From Candidatus Omnitrophota bacterium (GTDB taxonomy: Bacteria; Omnitrophota; Gorgyraeia; Zapsychrales; Fredricksoniimonadaceae): a stretch of DNA of 64,000 nucleotides. The first letter of the stretch is position 1, and the number at the start of each line of letters is the position of its first letter. The position numbers and the translations under genes were made by a program. Where the stretch lies: the NCBI GenBank assembly GCA_013286575.1, contig JABDFL010000001.1, positions 9,905 through 73,904 of the forward strand, read 5' to 3'. The notes below the pieces were generated by a model. It did no database searches, had not been told where the DNA came from, and worked only from the letters and a program-made list of their open reading frames with translations. Below are positions 26,820 through 34,515 of the stretch, piece by piece.

Positions 26820-27479
26820 ATGCGCGTTTTGGGAATGATGGTGGCGGCAACGTTTTTGTCCTTAGCGGCGGCTTCTGCGGCAACGATCGACCTTTCCGAC
26901 GGGAGTTCAGTGCAGGGCGATATCATCAAGCAGGACAAGAAGAGCGTTCAAATTAACGTGGACGGCGTGACCATGACCTATTACTCTGATGAAATTAAGG
27001 ACATCGACGGACAGCCATTCGCGTCATCAGCACAGGCCGCACCTGCAGCTGTTGCCCAGCCGGAGATGGCCCCCCAACCTGAGCCTGCCGCCCCCGTTGC
27101 CCAATCTGAAACTCCCGATGAGCAAGGAACGGGGGATACGGATAAAAGGGCCCTGATTTTAAAATTCATTGATGTCTTTGGGACCCGTCAGGCCTTGACC
27201 AATAATTTCAATTTAATGATCCAGCAAATCGAAAAAGAAAAACCGGATGAAGCCCAAAAAATCCGCCAGCGTGTCAAGGTTGATGAGATCATTGATCGCC
27301 TTCTCCCCATATATGATCGTAATTTCACGTCTGATGATTTGAGGGCGTTCATTGCTTTTTATGGTTCACCTGAAGGCCGGAAATTAATAAACACCATCCC
27401 CGAGCTGATGAAAGAAAGCGTCCAGGAGAGTGTAAAATATATGGAAGAAAAATTTCCTGAGGTCAAGCAAGGGAACTAA
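26820..27479 (+). CDS. Secreted protein with a DUF2059-like C-terminal domain and a P/A/E-rich linker.
   Basis: 219 aa with a signal peptide. Its N-terminal module (IDLSDGSSVQGDIIKQD...) is paralogous to that of the 10687..11226 protein. Confidence 0.5.
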   Translation: MRVLGMMVAATFLSLAAASAATIDLSDGSSVQGDIIKQDKKSVQINVDGVTMTYYSDEIKDIDGQPFASSAQAAPAAVAQPEMAPQPEPAAPVAQSETPDEQGTGDTDKRALILKFIDVFGTRQALTNNFNLMIQQIEKEKPDEAQKIRQRVKVDEIIDRLLPIYDRNFTSDDLRAFIAFYGSPEGRKLINTIPELMKESVQESVKYMEEKFPEVKQGN

Positions 27480-27536
27480 TAAATATTTATAAGTATATAT
27501 ATTGCAATATGTTGCACTCTTAATGGCTTTTTTAAG

Positions 27537-27565
27537 TTGACCGCATAATTTTTCTCTGCTAAGAT
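27537..27565 (+). promoter_or_regulatory. Candidate sigma70 promoter for the pur operon: TTGACC, 17 bp, TAAGAT.
   Basis: Found by motif spacing only. It lies about 85 nt upstream of purB. Confidence 0.3.
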
Positions 27566-27648
27566 TCCCTATTGCTTCGCTTGGCGGACCCGGGTTTAGG
27601 GCCAAATAATAAGCAAAACACTACTAATATCAAGTTTAAGGAGAGTCC

Positions 27649-28944
27649 ATGATTGACCGTTATTCCCTTTCAAAGATGAGCCGTATTTGGTCTGATGAGC
27701 ATAAGATGGAAATTATGCTTAAAATCGAAGTGTTATCCTGTGAATCCATGACCAAGTTAGGTGTTATCCCCAAAGCTGCTATGGATAAGATCCGCAAGAA
27801 TGCCAAATTTGATTTGGAAGAAGTGCGCCGCCTTGAAGAACGCACCAAACATGATGTGGTGGCATTTATCCAAAGCGTTGGGCAAAGTTTAGGGCCGGAA
27901 GCCCAGTATTTGCATATGGGAATGACCTCATCGGACCTGTTAGATACGTCGCTGTCTTTGCAATGTGTGGAAGCGGGTGAAATTTTAGTCGCTGATTGTA
28001 AGAAACTTTTGGCCGCGCTTAAAGATAAGGCCAAAAAATATAAGGACGCGGTGTGCATCGCCCGCACCCACGGCGTGCATGCGGAGCCTACGACCTTTGG
28101 CCTGAAGATGGCCATCTGGTTTGACGAGATGAACCGTAATTTAGAGCGCCTGCAAGGGGCTGTTGAAGGCATGCGTTATGGTAAATTGTCCGGCGCGGTC
28201 GGCACCTATGCGAATATTGACCCGTCGGTGGAAGAGTATGTTTGCCAGCAATTGAATTTAAAGCCGGCGAATGTGGCCACCCAGGTCATTTCCCGCGACC
28301 CGCATGCCCATTTTATCATGGTCCTGGCCATCGTCGGTTCTTCCCTGGAAAAGTTTGCGACGGAGATCAGGGCCCTGCAGAAAACCGAGCTTTTGGAAGT
28401 GGAAGAGCCTTTTTTCAAAGGCCAGATCGGTTCATCGGCCATGCCGCATAAACGCAATCCCGTGACCTGCGAGCGTATCTGCGGGTTGTCGCGCATTTTG
28501 CGCGCCAATTCCATCGTTGCCATGGAAAATATCAATCTTTGGCACGAGCGTGATATCAGCCATTCCTCGGCGGAGCGCGTTATCCTCCCTGATTCAACCA
28601 TCGCGCTTAATTACATGCTTAATAAATTCATCCCCATCATCGAGGGGCTTTTGGTCTATCCTAAAAACATGATCGCGAACCTTTCCAAGACCCGCGGGCT
28701 GATCTATTCCCAGCGCATCCTTTTGGAATTGATGAAAAAAGGCCTCACGCGCGACGCCGCTTATGAGATCATCCAGGCAGCTGCCATGCAGGTCTGGCAG
28801 GAGAGCACGGAATTCAAAGATGTGCTCTTTAGAGATCGCCGTGTACGCAAGTACCTGTCTCAAAACGAGATTAACGCCTGCTTTGACATCAAATATTACA
28901 TCCGTCATCGTGACAAGATCTTTAAACAGGCGGGGATCAAATAA
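27649..28944 (+). CDS. purB: Adenylosuccinate lyase.
   Basis: 431 aa: GMTSSDLLDT, SSAMPHKRNP fumarate-lyase signature. Confidence 0.9.
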   Translation: MIDRYSLSKMSRIWSDEHKMEIMLKIEVLSCESMTKLGVIPKAAMDKIRKNAKFDLEEVRRLEERTKHDVVAFIQSVGQSLGPEAQYLHMGMTSSDLLDTSLSLQCVEAGEILVADCKKLLAALKDKAKKYKDAVCIARTHGVHAEPTTFGLKMAIWFDEMNRNLERLQGAVEGMRYGKLSGAVGTYANIDPSVEEYVCQQLNLKPANVATQVISRDPHAHFIMVLAIVGSSLEKFATEIRALQKTELLEVEEPFFKGQIGSSAMPHKRNPVTCERICGLSRILRANSIVAMENINLWHERDISHSSAERVILPDSTIALNYMLNKFIPIIEGLLVYPKNMIANLSKTRGLIYSQRILLELMKKGLTRDAAYEIIQAAAMQVWQESTEFKDVLFRDRRVRKYLSQNEINACFDIKYYIRHRDKIFKQAGIK

Positions 28945-28950
28945 GGTTCC

Positions 28951-29655
28951 ATGCAGAAATTAGAGAAAATATACGAAGGCAAGGCGAAGATCCTTTATAC
29001 GACCGGGGACCCTGACTTGCTCATCCAGTATTTCAAGGATGATGCAACGGCCTTCAATGCCCAGAAGCGAGGTACCATTGTTGAAAAGGGCATCATGAAC
29101 AATGGCATCGCCTCCAAGATCTTTGAGCACCTCAAAGCCAAAGGCATTGAGACCCATTTCGTTGAAAGGTTAAACGACCGCGAGATGTTGGTCAAGCGTG
29201 TCCAAATCGTCCCGCTTGAGATCATTGTCCGCAATCGCGCGGCAGGTTCTTTATGCCGCCTGCTGGGACTGGCTGAAGGGGCCAATTTAGCCTGCCCGAC
29301 GCTGGAATTTTGCTATAAGAATGACGCCTTGGGCGATCCGCAGGTCAATGAATACCATATCCGGGCGTTGAATTTTGCCACTGATGATGAGGTGAAGAAG
29401 ATCACCGCCTTGGCCTTCAAGATCAATGAGGTATTAAAGAAATTCTTTCTGGGTTTAAAGATTGAATTGATCGATTTCAAAATAGAATTCGGCCGCATCA
29501 ACAATCATATTATCCTGGCTGATGAAATCTCTCCTGACACCTGCCGTTTATGGGAAGTCGGTACGGGCAATAAGCTGGACAAAGACCGTTTCCGTCGGGA
29601 TCTGGGTAATATCGAAGAGGCCTATCAGGAAGTATTACGCAGAGTTTCCGCATGA
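28951..29655 (+). CDS. purC: Phosphoribosylaminoimidazole-succinocarboxamide (SAICAR) synthase.
   Basis: 234 aa: YEGKAKILY, LIDFKIEFG. Confidence 0.9.
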   Translation: MQKLEKIYEGKAKILYTTGDPDLLIQYFKDDATAFNAQKRGTIVEKGIMNNGIASKIFEHLKAKGIETHFVERLNDREMLVKRVQIVPLEIIVRNRAAGSLCRLLGLAEGANLACPTLEFCYKNDALGDPQVNEYHIRALNFATDDEVKKITALAFKINEVLKKFFLGLKIELIDFKIEFGRINNHIILADEISPDTCRLWEVGTGNKLDKDRFRRDLGNIEEAYQEVLRRVSA

Positions 29656-32561
29656 TCTGGCGCGTTGAAGTTAAACAAAAAGATGGGATGCTGGATCCCA
29701 TTGGACAATCCATTGCCCGAGACATCATTGATATGGGCTTTGGCATCTCCCAGGTGCGTGTCGTCTCGGTTTTTCTGCTGGAAGGCACCATCAGCCGCGA
29801 GGAAGTCAAGCGCATCGGCGATGAACTCCTGGTTGATCCTATCGTTGAGCAATACAGTTTTGATTTAAAACTCCCCCTGCAGTCAGTTGACCATCATGTC
29901 GTTGAAATAGCTTATAATCCCGGTGTCATGGACCCTGTGGAAGCCTCCACGATCAAGGGCATCCGCGATTTGGGTGTCGCAGGCATCAGTGCTGTGCGCA
30001 CCGCCCGGCAATACCATATTTACGGCAGACTGACAGCCAAAGAATTGGAATCCATCACTGCCCGCGTCTTGATGAATAAACTCATCCAGCACGTGGTAGC
30101 TGACCCTTCCCATGTCCCGACCACACTCAGTATCACGGGTGCATCCGCGTCCAAATTTGATGTGATGATCGTGGATTTGATCGGTGCCAATGATAAAAAA
30201 CTTCTCGAAATTTCCAAGAGCGGCCAGCTCTATTTAAATATTGATGAGATGAAGGCCATCCAGGCCCATTTTAAAAAAGAAAAACGTGATCCGACGGACG
30301 TTGAATTAGAAACCATTGCCCAGACCTGGAGCGAGCATTGCCGCCATAAGACTTTCAGGGGTGTTATCCGTTACCGGGAAGGCAAAAGCGGACGGCCCCA
30401 AATTATCCGCAGCCTTTTTAAAACCACCATTGCTGCCGTTACGTTGAAATTAAAGAAAAAATGGTGCATTTCAGTTTTTCATGACAATGCCGGGGTCATC
30501 GCTTTTGATAAAGATTATCATGTGTGTTTTAAAGTGGAGACCCATAATCATCCCTCAGCCCTGGAGCCTTTTGGCGGGGCCAACACGGGAGTGGGTGGCG
30601 TTATCCGTGATACTTTGGGGACCGGGCTTGCTGCCAAGCCTTTGTGCAATACCGACATATTTTGTTTTGCGCCGCCGGACACACCGGCAGCAGACTTGCC
30701 GCCCGGCACCCTGCATCCCAAGCGGGTCATGAAAGGCGTTGTTTCAGGGGTGCGTGATTACGGCAACAAGATGGGCATCCCGACGGTCAATGGGGCCATT
30801 GTTTTTGATAAACATTTTGCAGGCAATCCGCTGGTTTTTTGCGGCAATATCGGGCTCATCCCCAAAGGTAAAGAAATTAAACGTGTCAGCAGGGGGGATT
30901 TGATCGTGGCTGTGGGCGGACGCACCGGGCGCGACGGCATTCACGGCGCCACGTTTTCTTCGGGAGAGCTGACCAGTGAATCGGAAACAGTTTCTTCAGG
31001 CGCCGTGCAGATCGGCAATCCCATTGAAGAGAAAAAAGTACAGGATGCCCTGCTTAAAGCGCGCGAGGCCAATTTGTATTCTGCCATCACTGATTGCGGC
31101 GCCGGCGGGTTTTCTTCTGCCGTCGGAGAAATGGGCGAAAAGACAGGGGCACGGGTTGATTTGGATAAGGCCCCTCTTAAATATCAGGGCCTTAAATACC
31201 ACGAGATTTGGATTTCAGAATCACAGGAGCGGATGGTGATGTCTGTCCCTCCTCAAAACATCGAAGCCCTTCTTAAGATTTTTGAGGCAGAGAATGTGGA
31301 GGCGAGTGTTTTAGGTGAATTCGACGGCTCCGGCCGCCTGCAACTGTTTTTCCACGGCCAGCAAGTTGCTGACATGGACATGTCCTTTCTCCATGATGGC
31401 CTGCCTCAAATAACCAAGGAAGCTGTTTATCAAAAGCCCAAACTCCGTGTCATTCCCGCGAAAGCAGGAATCCATACAAGATACCGCCCTGGACAGGATT
31501 TAACCGAAAGCTTATGCATGGCCTTAAGCCATTTTAATGTGGCTTCCAAGGAAAGTATTATTCGCATTTATGATCACGAGGTGCAGGGAACAAGCGTTGT
31601 CAAGCCACTGGTAGGGGTTGCCACCGACGGACCATCAGATGCGGCGGTGATCCGCGGGCGTTTGGATTCCAAGCGCGGCATCGCGGTTTCCAACGGCATT
31701 AATGTGCGCTACGGCATGATCGATCCTTTTGGGATGGCTGCTTCCTGCATTGATGAAGCGATCCGTCAAATCATCGCGGTGGGAGGTTCGCTGGATCGCA
31801 TCGCCCTTCTTGATAATTTTTGCTGGGGAAACCCTGATAAGCCCGATCGTCTGGGGTCTTTGGTGCGCTGTGCCCAAGGCTGTTATAAAGCGGCCGTGGC
31901 TTTCGGCACTCCGTTTATTTCGGGGAAAGATAGTTTATATAATGAGTATACCCAAAAAGGTAAAAGCCTCGCGATACCGGGGACCATATTGATCTCCGCC
32001 ATCGGCATCATCGATGATGTGGGAAAAAGCGTCACCATGGATTTTAAAAAGGCGGGGAACAGTATTTATGCGATCGGCACAACCTTTGACGAACTGGGCG
32101 GGTCTGTCTATTTGGAAAATTTAGGGCAGTTGGGGCTTCATGCACCGCAGGTCAATTTTAAGATGGCAGTTAAAACATATAAGGCTGTAGAACGCGCAAC
32201 CAAGGCGGGTTTGATCGCCTCGTTACACGATTGCTCGGAAGGCGGTGCCGCGGTCGCTCTGGCGGAAATGGCCTTTGCCGGCGGATTGGGCGCCACGGTT
32301 TTATCAAAGAAATTGCCCTATAAGGGAAAGCAGGGACGGGAAGATATTTTGCTTTTTTCGGAAAGCAATTCACGCTTCATTGCTGAAGTCTCAGCTGGTC
32401 ATGAAAAAGCGCTGGCAAAGATTTTCAAAGGCGTTCCCATGGCCCGGATCGGCACGGTTGAGGCAAGCCCGGAATTTGTCGTCTACGGTCTTCATGACCA
32501 GCCGGTCATCAATGCCCGTATCGATGAATTAAAAGAAATCTGGAAGGCACCGTTGAGATAA
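29652..32561 (+). CDS. purL: Phosphoribosylformylglycinamidine synthase subunit PurL with an N-terminal PurS-like extension (probable PurS-PurL fusion).
   Basis: 969 aa, against about 740 for a small PurL. The first ~80 aa resemble PurS (VEVKQKDGMLDPIGQSIARDI...). The PurL core starts near WSEHCRHKTF. No separate purS gene is seen between purC and purQ. Confidence 0.8.
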   Translation: MIWRVEVKQKDGMLDPIGQSIARDIIDMGFGISQVRVVSVFLLEGTISREEVKRIGDELLVDPIVEQYSFDLKLPLQSVDHHVVEIAYNPGVMDPVEASTIKGIRDLGVAGISAVRTARQYHIYGRLTAKELESITARVLMNKLIQHVVADPSHVPTTLSITGASASKFDVMIVDLIGANDKKLLEISKSGQLYLNIDEMKAIQAHFKKEKRDPTDVELETIAQTWSEHCRHKTFRGVIRYREGKSGRPQIIRSLFKTTIAAVTLKLKKKWCISVFHDNAGVIAFDKDYHVCFKVETHNHPSALEPFGGANTGVGGVIRDTLGTGLAAKPLCNTDIFCFAPPDTPAADLPPGTLHPKRVMKGVVSGVRDYGNKMGIPTVNGAIVFDKHFAGNPLVFCGNIGLIPKGKEIKRVSRGDLIVAVGGRTGRDGIHGATFSSGELTSESETVSSGAVQIGNPIEEKKVQDALLKAREANLYSAITDCGAGGFSSAVGEMGEKTGARVDLDKAPLKYQGLKYHEIWISESQERMVMSVPPQNIEALLKIFEAENVEASVLGEFDGSGRLQLFFHGQQVADMDMSFLHDGLPQITKEAVYQKPKLRVIPAKAGIHTRYRPGQDLTESLCMALSHFNVASKESIIRIYDHEVQGTSVVKPLVGVATDGPSDAAVIRGRLDSKRGIAVSNGINVRYGMIDPFGMAASCIDEAIRQIIAVGGSLDRIALLDNFCWGNPDKPDRLGSLVRCAQGCYKAAVAFGTPFISGKDSLYNEYTQKGKSLAIPGTILISAIGIIDDVGKSVTMDFKKAGNSIYAIGTTFDELGGSVYLENLGQLGLHAPQVNFKMAVKTYKAVERATKAGLIASLHDCSEGGAAVALAEMAFAGGLGATVLSKKLPYKGKQGREDILLFSESNSRFIAEVSAGHEKALAKIFKGVPMARIGTVEASPEFVVYGLHDQPVINARIDELKEIWKAPLR

Positions 32562-32570
32562 AAATAGAAT

Positions 32571-32600
32571 GTCATCCCCGAATGTTTCTGTCGGGGATCT
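32571..32600. repeat. Hairpin repeat family B (GTCATCCCCGAATGTTTCTGTCGGGGATCT).
   Basis: 8-bp stem TCCCCGA/TCGGGGA. A second copy is at 34147-34177. Confidence 0.6.
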
Positions 32601-32614
32601 AATAAGAGGAGCAT

Positions 32615-33289
32615 ATGACAAAAATAAAAAAACTCGTCACAGTCCCTGATTTGGAAATGATGGAAGACCCCTGGCGCATTTTCCGCATCATGGCGGAATT
32701 TGTCGACGGATTTGAAGAGCTCAAAGACATTGGGCCCGCCGTGAGTATTTTCGGGTCTTCCCGCATCCATACCCTGCATTCCTATTATGACGCGGCAGAG
32801 AAGACCGCGGAATTATTAGTTAAGGCAGGTTATGCGGTGATCACCGGCGGCGGCCCCAGCATCATGGAAGCAGGCAATAAAGGGGCATCCAAGGCAGGCG
32901 GCAAATCCATCGGGCTTAACATTGACCTGCCTTTCGAACAAAAACCAAATGATTATATTAATCATCTGATCAATTTTCATTATTTTTTCTGCCGCAAGGT
33001 CTGTTTTGTCAAATACGCCAAGGCCTTTGTGATTTTTCCCGGCGGCTACGGGACCCTGGATGAATTATCAGAAAGCATCACGCTTATACAGACCCAGCGC
33101 ATGCAGCAATTCCCGGTCATCCTTTACGGAAGCAAGTACTGGAAAGGGCTTTTGGATTGGTTTAAAGGGCCTGTACTCCATGAAGGCTGCATTGATGTCA
33201 AGGATTTGGACATTGTGCAGACAGCGGATAAGCCCGAAGATGTTGTTAAGATCATCAAAAAGTTTTACAGCAAGAAAAAGAAAAAATGA
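32615..33289 (+). CDS. LOG-family protein (TIGR00730; cytokinin riboside 5'-monophosphate phosphoribohydrolase / nucleotide N-glycosidase-like).
   Basis: 224 aa: GGGPSIMEAGNKGA, PGGYGTLDEL. It sits inside the purine operon between purL and purQ. Confidence 0.8.
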   Translation: MTKIKKLVTVPDLEMMEDPWRIFRIMAEFVDGFEELKDIGPAVSIFGSSRIHTLHSYYDAAEKTAELLVKAGYAVITGGGPSIMEAGNKGASKAGGKSIGLNIDLPFEQKPNDYINHLINFHYFFCRKVCFVKYAKAFVIFPGGYGTLDELSESITLIQTQRMQQFPVILYGSKYWKGLLDWFKGPVLHEGCIDVKDLDIVQTADKPEDVVKIIKKFYSKKKKK

Positions 33290-34074
33290 CCCCCAATGTC
33301 AAAGTCATAGTCATTCGCACCGCAGGCACCAATTGCAACGAGGAGACAGCGTTTGCCTTCAGCCGTTTGGGTGCGCATGTGGATCAGGTGCATATCAATG
33401 CTCTGATCGCCGGCACTTTTAAATTAAGCGATTATCATATCCTGGCTTTGCCCGGCGGGTTTAGCTATGGTGATGATATTGCTTCGGGGCGTATTTTGGC
33501 CAATGAATTACGTTTGAAATTGGCAGAGGAGATCAAACAATTTATCCGTGACGGCAAATTAATTATCGGTATATGCAATGGATTCCAGATCCTGGCTAAA
33601 GCCGGTATTTTGCCCGGCCTCGGATGGAAGATTGGACAAGAAACAACGTTGTTCTATAATGATTCTGCCAAATTCGAGGCCCGTTGGGTGCATTTGAAGG
33701 TGGAAAGCCGTTGCGTGTGGACAAAAGGCATGCCCGGCCAGATTTATCTGCCCGTGGCCCACGGCGAGGGAAAATTCATCCCGCGCGAGAAGAAAGTCCT
33801 GGACGCGCTGACAAGTAACGGCCAAATCGTCCTGCGTTATTGCGCTCCTGATGGAAGCAAGCCTGCGTATCCGGAGAATCCCAACGGATCAACCGATGAT
33901 ATCGCCGGCATCTGCGACACCACCGGACGCGTCTTTGGCCTAATGCCGCATCCGGAACGTCATTTTTTATTCGAGCAACACCCATACTGGACACGCTTAA
34001 AGAAAACAAGCGATTTCGGCGACGGAGCCAAGATATTCGAAAACGGCATTAATTACGTGAAGGAAAATTTGTAG
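33286..34074 (+). CDS. purQ: Phosphoribosylformylglycinamidine synthase glutaminase subunit.
   Basis: 262 aa class-I glutamine amidotransferase. GICNGFQ nucleophile Cys and HPE catalytic His/Glu. Confidence 0.85.
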   Translation: MTPNVKVIVIRTAGTNCNEETAFAFSRLGAHVDQVHINALIAGTFKLSDYHILALPGGFSYGDDIASGRILANELRLKLAEEIKQFIRDGKLIIGICNGFQILAKAGILPGLGWKIGQETTLFYNDSAKFEARWVHLKVESRCVWTKGMPGQIYLPVAHGEGKFIPREKKVLDALTSNGQIVLRYCAPDGSKPAYPENPNGSTDDIAGICDTTGRVFGLMPHPERHFLFEQHPYWTRLKKTSDFGDGAKIFENGINYVKENL

Positions 34075-34079
34075 CGCCC

Positions 34080-34120
34080 GTGTCATTGCGAGGAGCCGGA
34101 GGCGACGAAGCAATCTTTTA
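34080..34120. repeat. Hairpin repeat family A (GTGTCATTGCGAGGAGC..GGCGACGAAGCAATCTTTT), copy 1.
   Basis: Begins 6 nt after the purQ stop. There are 5 copies in the window (34080, 34188, 43783, 61928, 63181). Confidence 0.7.
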
Positions 34121-34146
34121 ACACTGTCATTCCTTGGATTTTACAT

Positions 34147-34177
34147 TGTCATTCCCGAATGTTTTTGTCGGGAATCT
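34147..34177. repeat. Hairpin repeat family B copy (GTCATTCCCGAATGTTTTTGTCGGGAATCT).
   Basis: Stem ATTCCCGA/TCGGGAAT. Confidence 0.6.
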
Positions 34178-34187
34178 AGAACAAGTT

Positions 34188-34228
34188 GTGTCATTGCGAG
34201 GAGCTGAAGGCGACGAAGCAATCTTTTT
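34188..34228. repeat. Hairpin repeat family A, copy 2.
   Basis: GTGTCATTGCGAGGAGCTGAAGGCGACGAAGCAATCTTTTT. Confidence 0.7.
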
Positions 34229-34233
34229 AGAAT

Positions 34234-34261
34234 CGTCATCCTGAGCGTAGCGAAGGATCTC
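34234..34261. repeat. Hairpin repeat family C (CGTCATCCTGAGCGTAGCGAAGGATCTC).
   Basis: Only one copy in the window. It shares the GTCAT head with families A and B. Confidence 0.5.
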
Positions 34262-34285
34262 TAAAAGAATGACCTTGTAGCATGA

Positions 34286-34457
34286 ATATGGTTAAACGGT
34301 GTTGTTCCCGAAACGGGATATTTTTGCCGTCTGCTTCGGTTTACATCAAAAATGTTCTAAAGATTCTCTTCATTTGGAACATTTTTGACGTAAATCCTCG
34401 CAGACATTTGGCAAAAAATCCCTGAATGTTTCGTCCACAACACCATTTAACCATATA
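34286..34457. mobile_element. 172-bp imperfect palindrome, a MITE-like element or structured RNA, with 20-bp terminal inverted repeats (ATATGGTTAAACGGTGTTGT / ACAACACCATTTAACCATAT).
   Basis: Terminal arms match 19/20. The internal halves are also mutually complementary (e.g. TTTACATCAAAAATGTTC vs GAACATTTTTGACGTAAA). It lies immediately upstream of the AT-rich defence gene. Confidence 0.5.
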
Positions 34458-34515
34458 CGAGTGATTGCAAGTTAGAAAAGGTCGTTACTTTTAATATCGA
34501 ATTAAGAGGTGCTGT

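Noticed and set aside
34080-34261. Possible CRISPR array suggested by the short repeated hairpins.
   Set aside because: The repeats belong to three different families, lack regular unit-plus-spacer periodicity and occur singly at other loci including inside genes. No cas genes are present. They are REP/BIME-like dispersed repeats, not CRISPR.
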